From assembly GCA_000708835.1 (NCBI GenBank), contig DF236996.1:188160-252159 (forward strand): a stretch of 64,000 bases of DNA, written 5' to 3'. The notes under the pieces were generated by a model. That model was not told where the DNA came from, ran no database searches, and worked only from the letters and a program-made list of their open reading frames with translations. How positions within the stretch are numbered: position 1 is the stretch's first letter; the number at the start of each line of letters is the position of its first letter. This document shows, piece by piece, positions 12,301 to 22,544 of this stretch. The position numbers and the translations under genes are program-made. The DNA is from Klebsormidium nitens (lineage: Eukaryota; Plantae; Klebsormidiophyceae).

Positions 12301-15300
12301 GCAGACGGAACGGAATCGAAAGAAGGTTGTGCCTTACCCTGGGCGGTAACTTGCGCACAAAGTCTGGGCGGATGGGCAGACCGTGCAGTCGGACCTGGAT
12401 CAGTACTTGAGACTAGAGAAACCTTACAAGTACGAAAAGCAGAGGGAAACGCGGGATCGACGAAATGGAACCAGAAGAAACTCAAGCCTTACCCTGGGCG
12501 GTAACTTGCGCGCGAAATCTGGGCGAATGGGCAGACCGTGCACTCGGACCTGGCCCGGTTGGAGGCCCGCCTTGAGCGCGCGCTCGCCCACCCTGTCCGT
12601 GGGGCAGAAACACGTCGTCACCAGCTTGTGGAACCTGCGGCCACGTCACCATGACGTCAGTATGAGGAAACCTTCTTTGGGGCAGTTGATTCAAGTACAT
12701 AGCTCTTAGAGTGGACGGCTTCAGCATCTGCGCTCGCTGCGACCTTCCATTGGACCGAGCGAGTAGTTTCAGCTCGCGAAACTTGCTCTCAAGAGGACGG
12801 AGATGCGTCGTGACGGGGTGCAGCGATCCGAAGTCGTTTCAAATGTTGCTTTCCTTAAATATTTCTCGTCTTTCCGAGCCATCGCAAAAAGCATGGACGT
12901 ATTTGTGGTGAGATTTGGGCAATAGCAGAGCGAAATCGACATGCATTCGTTCATCTTGTGAGTCTGTATAGAAGAGCGAAGGCATTGCAGAGAAACTGCT
13001 GCAAAGCTCAACACTGCAAGTAGGGCGCACATCATCCGGTGCCGCCAGGAAGGGACGAGGAAAAATTGAGCAGATTACAGCACAAAACATACAAAAAGAC
13101 AACCTTCAAAGTTCGGGATGAGGGGAAACGCACAAAGTTGTCAATCATTCCTTTCGTAACCAGAAACAAAGAAAAGTAGGTGAGTGGAAAGACGACGTTT
13201 AGTGAAGAGGAACCGATACGGGAACGACAGGGGGTCAGGAAACGAAGAAGCTCGACAAACAAAAGCAGAAAGAAAGGGATGAAACTAGAGCGGGGAGAAA
13301 GGGCGTTCACCATGTGGCGTGGCAGGTGTCAAGGTGGCATTCTTTCTCTGGGGCCAGAACTACTGAACAAAGAAATCAAGTCAACGCGCACAGGGTACAA
13401 AGCCAACTTTAAGAACAATAAATCTGGGAAAACGAGCCGTCATCAAGTGGGGTGCCAAGTAAGAGAAACAGACGACCGCTTCGTAAGCAGAACCGGTAAA
13501 AACAGACACGTGAGTCAACCCACAAATAAGTAAGAGAATAACTCATACCAACCAGGGAACGAACTAGAGCGGGGTCAAAAGGTATTTACCAGGTGGGGTG
13601 GCAGGTGTCGAGGTCGGTAATGACGGTGGTGAAGGGGATGCGGTGGAGGAGGCCGCGCGAGCGGAGGACGCGCAGGGGCACGTGCTGCATCAGCGGGTGC
13701 ACGCTAACGATGATGTCAGGCTTGTACTTGACGAACGCCTTGGCCATCTCCCTGCAGAAGAGGATACAATTGGAGCTGATCAAAAAGTTCGACACGAGGC
13801 TCTTCAACATGGCCGGACGTATTTCCCTTCGATTAGGGACACGACCGATTGTGTCCGGTTTGGACATGACGAACGCCTTCGCCATCTCTCTCAGTGCAAA
13901 AAGAGAGGCATCGTGTTGGAAAGATTGACGCAATCTCCTTCTTCCCAACTGCTGATAGTTTTAAAAATGTCAGGCTTGTACATAACGAACGCCTAAAACG
14001 CCTAGTGTCTTTCTTTCCGGATAACCCCGTCGGAAACACTTCTACGCAGGCCTACAAAAAGTAAGGTGGGTTGATCGTGCTTGTCTCCGGCCAATGATAC
14101 CAACGCCTTGGCAATCTCCTTCAAACGTGCAACAATACACCCACCGAGAGGAGAGAGGGGGCTTCTGAATCCGGTCAATTGTTCTTCTTCAATTGTTAAA
14201 AGCCCAGTGATTGGACGTGAGCTTGACACGAATCGTCCTGGGAAACATGCACCAGGTTACGAGAAAAGACACGGGCCACTAAACTGTGGTCGAAAGAACT
14301 TCTTTAGATCTGCTCGTATGCCACCGTTCGACATGCTGCTAACAAGGAGGTCCCTGGGACGAGAAAAGGTGCGCCACATCAAAAAGTCGACTTGGACCTC
14401 TGAGATGTGCAACGTGGTTCACTGCCATATTTTGTAAATGCTGATTCCAAAATCCTCGACGTGAAACTCTCACACGAGGGTCTGTGCTTTCAAGTTGCCT
14501 GAGTTTGGAGAGGCCTTCGCTGTGAGCTGTGTCGTTACGCATAGAGTTCAGGACAGACTCGATGAAATCAACCAACGATACAGGAACGGAAACGAGTCAC
14601 AACAAAACGGGGAAAGAGCGCTTGCCTGGCAACGAAGGCGGTGGTGGCGACAAAGTGCGGCTGGTGGATAAATTTGGGGCTGCTGAAGTCGAACGCGAGC
14701 TTCCAGATCCACTCGTGCTTCACCATGAAGCTGTAGCTGTCGGGGAACGTGTTGAACGGCCACGGGGTGTGCTCCTTCCACATATCTACGATGATCACCT
14801 GCCAAAGGCCGCCGATTCAACCTTTAGAAGTCTTGGAAATTCACTGATTCACTGGTTGGGCCCATATCGAAAAGTGAGTCGCCAAAGGGTCTTGGTTGAT
14901 CATTTGACGGTAAAATGACTGGAAGTAAGAAGAAAATCAAAGGGACGTGTTGAACAGCCACAGGGTGTGCTCCTTCTACATTATACAATGATTACTTGCC
15001 CAGATTAAGCTTCCGGCATCAAGAACTCTAGAATTCTACACTTTCTGGGCCTGCAGCATAGGGTGAGTTCGTACAAGGGTCTTGTAGATTTGGTCGGTCG
15101 ATGGTAAGCTGAGTGGAAATAAATGTGGAAATGAAGGAACGTGTTGAACGGCCACGGCGTGTGCTCCTTCCACATGTCTACGATGATTAGGACGCAGGGT
15201 CTGGGTTCCAGCTTTGAGAACTCTAAAATTCTACACTTTTGGGTGAGTTCGTAAAAGGGTCTCGTGAATTTGGTTCAGTCGATGGTAAGATGAGTGGAAA

Positions 15301-17951
15301 TTAAAGTGAAAATGAAGGTACTTGTTAGAACGGCCACGGCGTGTGCTTCTTCCACATGTCTGCGATGATCACTTGCGAAGGGGCGCAGTGCCTCAGTTCC
15401 AGCTTTGAGAACTCCAAAAATCTACACTTGCCGGGCCCGCAAGTAGGGTGAGTTTGTGAAAGGGTTTCGTTCTCTGGATCATTCGACGGTAATATGAGCG
15501 AAAGGCAAAGGATGTCAAGGAACGTGCCAGAAGTGGGTTTGAAGTGTCTGGGAGCACATTGTAAGGTGGACGCATAAAAGTGAACTCTTGATGAAGTGGA
15601 ATATGTCGAATATTCACGGCATGTGCTCCTTCCACGTGTCTACAAGGATCATCTGCGGAGTGGCGGATGGTCTGATTCCCAGCTTTGAAAAGATCCTGGA
15701 GGTTCACACTGGTGGGCCAACAGCGAAGGTGGCCAAAGGGTCTGGGGGTCTTAATACGTTGACGGTACGATGAGTGGGAGTCGAAACGAGATCAAGGAAC
15801 ATGTTGAACGGCTATAGCTTGTGCTCCTATCAGATGTCCACGATAAATAAACAACTATGACGGGGTGCAGAGTTCCAGTCTGCGCTGTAAGACCTCGGTA
15901 TTGCTGTCAGCAGATGAAGCAAACTATCATTTGGATATTCGGATGACAGCGAAGTACTTCAGCAGACTGACCCGAATCTTCCATATCTAAAATGTAATGT
16001 GTCCCCCATGAGAAGCCTTCAGTCAGTTGCTTTGAAATTGGTCGGTGACAGAAGTCGATCTTCAAAGTCCGAATCGGAAGCCTCGCTTTTCTGTTGTAGA
16101 CAAGGAGGTCTACCGCGCGCACCTATCACCACCCAATGGCAACGCAGCTTTGCCAGAGCAAACAAAAGAACTGCCGTGCGCCCTTCAACAACCCTTTACA
16201 GCTGGGATCAATGCCCCGTTTAATCCAGTCGGATTCAGCATCAGACACCCAGTACTCAACACCATTCTAATGATTTCAACGTTGCAAAGGAAGGTGAGGG
16301 GTGCCATCAGAGGGGCAAAAAGTGTTATTATAGCATTGGGCCTTCACATCATCAGTGCTGCCTGAGAAAAACGACGGGGAAGGTCGCAACGCATCTTAAG
16401 CAGCACTGCGATGCAACACCTGCCAGGTTTTATAACGGTCGCACTGTGTTTTACAGTCCTACGCATGTGGCTGCTATTGCAGATGGCGGACCAGACTGGT
16501 GTAGCTTTGCAGTCAGTTTTATCTGGATGTACTCTCACTTTACAGGCTGACACGTGTGAGTGGAAAGAAAAATCCCAACCAAGCACTATCGAGATGTGCA
16601 GTGTTGTGCGACGAGGAGACACAAGCATGCTGTTGATCCTTTTGGCGTCCGGCTTCGCTTTGCCGACCAGCAAAGTTCCCAACACACCACTTCTCAACAG
16701 TGTGCCTGATTCTCCATATAACCTCCTTGAAAAGTGGTACTTCTTTTCTGGGATGGAGCCTCACATTATTCAATCACGTCACATACAGAAACATCCTGTA
16801 AGTGGCCATCCTTCAGTGTGGTCATTGCTGATTCAACGTCCTCTAATCTTCAAGACAGTCTCATTAAGCGACCACGTCTTTCAGAGACATTGTGAGAAGT
16901 GATCTTGACATGGTAAAAAGGTGTGTGGTTGTGCTGGACACTTCATCGGCCTTTTTGCAATCCAGTGATGCCTGCTTCATTCAGCAACTTGAGTACGCAA
17001 TAAAGACCTTTTCAAAAAGCAATGCACGCTGAAAAAAGTGAGCAAAAGATGTGCTTTGCACAGTAGCGGTTCTCCATTTCTGTGATTGAACCAAAATACT
17101 TTATTTGAACTTCTATACCCACTTTGACTGGCCCTGTTCCATTGCTCTAAACAAGGCCCATGCATTTGCACTCATATTCAATGAAGCATAGACTTGATTC
17201 CAATGCTTGACTGATTCGTAGCTTGCAAGAGTTCCTTATGAAGCACTGCAGCCAACCAGTAGACCCAGCATTGTCACCTCATGAATCAAAAGCTAGGAAG
17301 TCAGCTAAAGCCAGCAACCAACTACCAGGCACAGAGGAACTTAGGAAGAACCCAAACACATTGGAAAGGAGCACCGCCTTCAGCGCTTACCTCATACTGC
17401 GTCCCAAACTCCAGAAAGAATGCTGACTTCAGCGCTTGCGCGCTTGCGCGATGGCCCCCTCCCGTGTCGCTCATCAAAATGAGCACTGTTTTAGGGCCTC
17501 CCCGTTCCACTACCGCCTTTCCTTTCGCCCCTCCCGCCGACGCCAGCAATAGGGGGTCAAAATCCAAGCCGTTGGCACCCCCGGCGTCCGTCGGTGCATT
17601 GCTCCCCCCCCCCAACGAAAACGGGTTTAAGCGCATGCTTCTTTCGAGCAACTTGTCGAGAGCGGAGCTGCTAGGAGTAAGGACGGGCTCAGGAACGGCC
17701 ATGTGGGTGGGGGTTCGTCGCTTGAACCTTCGCTTTTGGGGTGCCGCGTCATTTTCCTCTGTCAACAAACCCGGTTTTTGAAGGAGGGGGACGGCTTTTG
17801 GTCTCAGCAAAACGGGTGACTGCGCAACGGGGGGGTTGCAGGAGACTCGCTCTAAAGAACGGTGCTTTGCGGAAGTGCTTTTGCTCCTGCTCAGTGCGGC
17901 TTCGAAGAGGTGATGAGAGGCATGGGAAAGGGCGAGAGAGAGAGACGCCAT
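9345..17951 (-). CDS. MGD1: Monogalactosyldiacylglycerol synthase (GT28), plastid-targeted, 8 exons
   Basis: Exons 17951-17391 (Ser-rich transit peptide, [16 protein letters not shown]), 14798-14626, 13751-13590 ([15 protein letters not shown]...[13 protein letters not shown]), 12634-12493, 11657-11433 (GGGEGMG...IICGRN), 10850-10713 ([15 protein letters not shown]), 10210-10062 and 9438-9345. Phases are consistent; intron 2 is GC-AG. Confidence 0.97.
10540..10780 (-). repeat. Exon echo: 149-bp duplication of the 3' end and donor of MGD1 exon 6
   Basis: The copy at 10564-10614 encodes [17 protein letters not shown] followed by GTAAGG, as at the real exon end 10713. Confidence 0.9.
11600..11815 (-). 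repeat. Exon echo: duplication of the acceptor and first ~65 nt of MGD1 exon 5
   Basis: ttgcag|aaagagcttccgcagcagctcggaatgcacccgatgctgccagctgtcattctcattggcgggaagtag at about 11735-11810 versus the real exon start at 11657. The CAG is intact and an in-frame TAG follows. Confidence 0.9.
11950..12560 (-). repeat. Exon echoes: three decaying copies of the 3' end of MGD1 exon 4
   Basis: Copies at about 12338-12400 (donor GTAAGG intact), 12175-12220 and 11959-12000 (donor GTGAGT) of ...cccattcgcccagatttcgcgcgcaagttaccgcccagg|gtaagg. Confidence 0.85.
13280..14130 (-). repeat. Exon echoes flanking MGD1 exon 3 (three acceptor-side, one donor-side)
   Basis: [13 protein letters not shown] (~13850-13895), a partial copy at ~13965-13995 and KEIAKALVS (~14085-14125) lie upstream. 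Downstream is gacacctgccacgccacatg|gtgaac at ~13312-13335, with shared gaactagagcgggg at 13282 and 13561. Confidence 0.8.
14700..15850 (-). repeat. Tandem array of five degenerate copies (~190-280 bp period) of the MGD1 exon 2 acceptor region
   Basis: The motif ggaacgtgttgaacggccacgg(g/c)gtgtgctccttccacat(a/g)tctacgatgatca recurs at ~14750 (real exon), 14942, 15135, 15320, 15600 and 15795, each followed by related intron sequence. Confidence 0.9.
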
Positions 17952-18816
17952 TTGCGGCGCAGGCGTGGCACTGGTCGGCCTCTCTTCCGTTGATTCGTCC
18001 ATCTTTCCACTTAACTAAGGTCAAACAATCCCACACCAACCTCGTGTCTCATTCGGCGCCCGTCTTTTGCAGCCCCAAAAACGGTGCACTTTTCCTCACC
18101 AGACCGTCATATCACATGCAAAGCAACTCAAACAGCTGACAGCTTGCATAAAAAGGCCCAAGTAAGAATGCCTGGCTTGCTCCACAATGGCGACCGAAGA
18201 ACGGCAACCCGGCGCCAGTGCTTTTCCCTCTCCTTCCCAGGCCTTCCTTGCGCAAGGTTCCAACTTCCAACCTTGTCGGAGGGTTATCCACAAGTTTCCG
18301 ATTCCCACCCAAACTTTGTTGGATCCCATGAGAACCCTTAGAAAGTTCTATCTTCAATTTGAGTGTGCGACTGCTGCTTTAACTTGCTAACAGTTTTCTC
18401 AATCCCGAAAATCCCGCTTAGGTGCCAATCCGCGTGGCAGTCTGCTCATGCAGAGCTACTGTCGCACGTGTGTTCAGATTCTCAGATTCCTTCCGTGCAA
18501 AAGGTGCCAGCTCGATCTAGTTCCTGGCCTGGAAACATTTTCGGATTTTCCCCACGTTTCCACGTTTTGCTCAGCGGTGGATTTGGTCCAGCAAGAAGAC
18601 AGCTCAAGCTGTTTTTCTCAGACGCATTAGACGGTCAGGTGCCACTGGGTTGAGAGGGAAGTCCAAACAGAAGTCTCCCGTTTATTGATTCTGGGGAAGG
18701 AATTTTGTGGAGCCGCCGTCACCTCCGCCGCCCATCTTCCATCTCGCTCGCGAATCTGGACAAAAACGTAAAAGCTTCACAGCTCAACGAGGTACACCCG
18801 CACAGAAAGCTCCACT
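17952..18816. promoter_or_regulatory. Putative bidirectional promoter/5'-UTR region between MGD1 and the methyltransferase
   Basis: Divergent ATGs at 17951 (-) and 18817 (+), 865 bp apart. Inferred from gene geometry only. Confidence 0.5.
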
Positions 18817-21403
18817 ATGGGATCCGACACCGACGAAGCCACCGGCAAACCCCGGCGCGCCCCCCCACGAAATGCGCAGAAGCAGGTTCTGGTGTGGACT
18901 CTAGCTGGTGGGCTCCTCCTTGCGGTGGGCATCTACCTGTTTGCTAGCGAAACGAGCGTTGCGGAGCTGCGAACCCGCACGCAGGATATGGTGTCTGGGC
19001 GGGTTGCGAGCAGGGTTGTGAAAAGTATGGAGTCTGTGAAGGTAGCAGCAACTGGGGCGGTCTCCGGGGGGACGGATCTTGCGAGAGCGGAGGCGGTATA
19101 TCGGAGGAATGTGAAGCGGAGGGAGGCGGCATATGGGCCCCGGCTGGACGGCCAATACCTAGGTGCGCAACTTTGGATATTGACATTGCAGAGTGAAAGT
19201 GCAACTGTAGTCTCCCAGAAGGAATTTAACGTTTCTCCTGAAAAATCCATGTCTGCCCTGTTTGAAGGTTGACGCTTGTGAAATTGACGAACCTCTTTGC
19301 ATCAAGATGAAGTGTGCGCCATAAGATCTTTGCACATCTTCGCACTTCGCATCCCCAAAAGGTGATGCAAACCGTCCTTCGGTGAGACCGCTTATGTTTG
19401 CTTGGTGAAGAAAAGCAGGCGGAAGTCTAGTCGGGTCTTCTGTGGGGTTCTGCACCAGTGTTGCAGTGAATTCTCTTTTCTCAGAGCGTTCCGTAGTAGA
19501 TGTTATTCCCTGTGTTATTGGGATGTGAAAACCGGCTATCTTTGGCTCTGGGAAAATTTTTGGCCATCTACTTTAGCTTGCATACTGTTGAGGAGGCAGT
19601 AGCCTCCCTTAAGCGGCACCTCTTTTATTTTGCAACTTTCTCTGACTTCTGTTGTGGCTGAAAGGTGGTGGAGGCTTGTTACAATCTATTTTTCTGGCTG
19701 AAGGTGGTTGAAGGTGGTCGAAATGTTGATATCAAGTCAGACGATACGTCACTGCATTGCAATTACACGGTAGTCAGTTGTCCACAAGTCTCCTCTGTAT
19801 CAAACGGACTTTGCAAATCCTCTTCGAGCACCGCCCTAGATTCACAAAAGATTGCTGACACAGTGTGAAAGCAGCTAATCATGGGTGACACCAGCTGGCA
19901 ATCCAAGTTCTGGGCGAACCCTTTATAGGCGCCTAGCTGATCTCAGCACTCGCTCAGACGGCCTCCTCGAACTGTCGCGTACTTCTCTCCACGGTTTGTC
20001 CAGGGACCATCTGGACCGTTGCCTTACTACATTGTGATTGTTGCTTGCCGTCAGTAACCACTTAAGTGTACTCATGTTGACTCTCTCCTTCGAGCCGTGC
20101 AACTCTTAAAATTCTGGGAGCCAATTTCCTGTTTTTCAGTCCCTTGGTGGCTTTGTCTAGATGACAGAGAATGGCAGCGAACTTAGACACCACTGCTTCC
20201 TCTTAGAAGCCCCAGGTTTTGTGTTTGATGTGGCCTGCTAATCGCAATTGCCAGTCTCACAATTTGAGAGTTATTGGGCAGTGGGACGGAGACAATTGAA
20301 CGCCTTAAGAGTGGATGACTGGATGAAGTATTCGAAAGTCGTTTCTCTTTCTGTCTGTTCTTCCAAGTCATTTCAAGACCGACAAGTCAATTCCAGCAGT
20401 GTGCGCGCATAGAAAACGAGTCAATGCTCTCCTGGCCGTGAAAGAGAAATTAGCCAGCCAATCAAAGAGAAACCTTCCACATTGGAAACCGCCCGTGTCA
20501 GTGTCCCCCTCCTTACTGTTTCAAATGAGTTCCTGGCCTTGGCAAGGAAGTTCCAGCGCAGACTTCAGCTCTCCCAGCCTGTCTACATGCACTTAGCAGT
20601 GGGCTTGTCCGCTCAGTAAACCAAAGCAACCTACTTCGTCGCCTTGTAATGAACACAGTCTTTTCCTCCTTCAGCTAAGGGCGCGGTTTTACTTTTAATG
20701 AGAACTGTTTGCTTTGGCTTCAGTAAGGAAACGATCTTACATATAGTGGAAACTGTTCCTTCTACCTTCAGGTAAGGGCGCGGTCTTCCAGTACTTCCAG
20801 CCCATCTACCCGTGCGTTGCGGAGGAGCGCGTCGGCTCCTGGAAGGATGGCGGCAAGTGGCTGTGTGACGTCAGCAGCCTCGGGCCGCGCTCGGTGGTCT
20901 ACAGCATCGGCTCGTACGAGCTGGTGGACTTCGAGGAGGCGCTGTACGACCTGACGTCATCCGAGATCCACGTGTTCGACCACACGCTCAACTCGGAGCA
21001 GCAGGCGCGGATGAAGGCGAATCAGAAGTTTCACTACCACGCGATCGGCCTCGGGGGCGCGGAGAAGGAGGGGCGGCTCTTGCCGCTCATGACGATCATG
21101 GAAACGCTAAAGCATGACTTCGTGGACGTGCTGAAGATCGATTGCGAGGGGTGCGAGTTCTCGGTGTTTCCCGCGATTTTCCAGGCGTTCGCGGGGCGGG
21201 ACCCGCCGTTTGGCCAAATACAGTTGGAGGTACACGAGTATCATGGGGATGTTTGGGACAACGTGAGGGACTTGCTCACGTTGATTGAGAGCCGGGGGTA
21301 TCGTATGTTCCACATTGATATGAACTGGGAGTGCAAGGAGTGCATGGAGGTGGCCTTCATCCACGAAAGCGTGGTGCGGTCGGATAAAGTGGCGTCGACA
21401 TAG
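18817..21403 (+). CDS. SAM-dependent methyltransferase (Methyltransf_22/METTL24/FkbM-like) with N-terminal membrane anchor, 2 exons
   Basis: Exon 18817-19162 has a short basic tail plus TM (VLVWTLAGGLLLAVGIYLFA). Exon 20772-21403 carries FQPIYPC-EERVGSWKDGGKWLC, VVYSIGS, VDVLKIDCEGCEF, QIQLEVH and GYRMFHIDMN, which are typical of this family. Two small acceptor echoes lie at ~20660-20735. Confidence 0.88.
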
Positions 21404-22544
21404 ATAAGTAACACGGGGGGGGTAAAAATAGGTGGACAGGAGCGGAAGTTTGCTGTATTATCAACGTACGCTGAGAACATTCCTAACGGATAAGTGAATT
21501 GGACGTTTGCATCTAATCTGAGCTACTTGTGATGCCAAGCTTTGTTTGTCTGCAAGCTCGTCGAAGCTTTCAAAAAGGACGAGTTCTATAATCTGTGCAG
21601 GCTGACCGCGGACCTTTTAGAGAAGCTGCTCGTGTTCGATCTGCCCTCATCTCGTGTACCATCCTTGTGCTGAATGCGGCTTGGACCCTAGGATTGACTT
21701 GACCGGCGCTAATCATTTATGCGTGTTCATGCATTGAGCTGCCGCCATGGTCACTGACCTGCGCCTAGTAGTTGATTGCATGCATTGAAAATGCTCATTA
21801 TACTGCGCTGCGTAGGCAGTTGACTCAGAGTGCGGCATGACCATGATGACCATCCATGTGTGCGAGCCAATCAGCGCGTGCTGACGGTAAGACCATGCAT
21901 GGGAGTGCAGCCGGCCCGGCGGCCAACCTGTCGATTCACGTGTCTTGTAATTAAGTTAGTACGGTAACAATCCTACTCGTGTTGAATTCACGCAACTAGC
22001 ATCATCCGGTATACTGATGCATTTGCATGACCTCTTGAGCTTTATGGCGCAGCGGCCACCCCATATATAAAGACACAATAAGTTAAGGAACGGAAGTCAA
22101 GGCGCACAAAAGCTCGATGTTTATGTTTTCGTGACCAACATACCGAATCTAGTATATGTCCGGAATGATCCCCTTGCTGTGTAAAGTGGACTGAAGGACT
22201 AATCGGACATCAAACTCAACCGTCGGTTCTCCAGATGGTGTGGGCACGCAAGGCGACTGGCTGGTCGTACTTATTTGCCCGTCGTCTCTCTTCAGATCTT
22301 AAAAGTATGGACCCAAAATTTCGCTAGCGGTGCCTGTAACACCTCTGCCAAGTAGGCCGGTTAAGCTTTTCAAAGGGACATACCATGTCCCTGTAAGAGA
22401 CATCCGGGATTCCCTCGATTGTATGTTACAGACAAGACGCCGAATACTGATTGCAAGTTTTGACGTCGTGGACGGATCTGAACAACCAACTCTTTTTCTA
22501 CATAGGCTCCAGGCGGCACGATCAAAAGACGCGCCTCTTCAGGA

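Noticed and set aside
14700-15850. Regularly spaced repeats as a CRISPR-like array or satellite
   Set aside because: Units are ~190-280 bp, degenerate, and match the adjacent MGD1 exon 2 boundary; there are no short identical repeats with unique spacers and no cas genes.
20766-20780. ttcAG|GTAAGG as a recursive-splicing ratchet point
   Set aside because: The exon is terminal and must begin here to keep the frame (G+GT = Gly); AG|GT is also the common proto-splice context seen at other acceptors in this window.
21600-22250. CATG/TGCA-rich intergenic blocks (also ~5050-5700, 8500-9300, 36700-37330 and 61800-62200) as transposons or LTRs
   Set aside because: They look repeat-like, but I could not find TIRs, TSDs, LTR ends or convincing similarity between them by eye; a genome-wide search would be needed.
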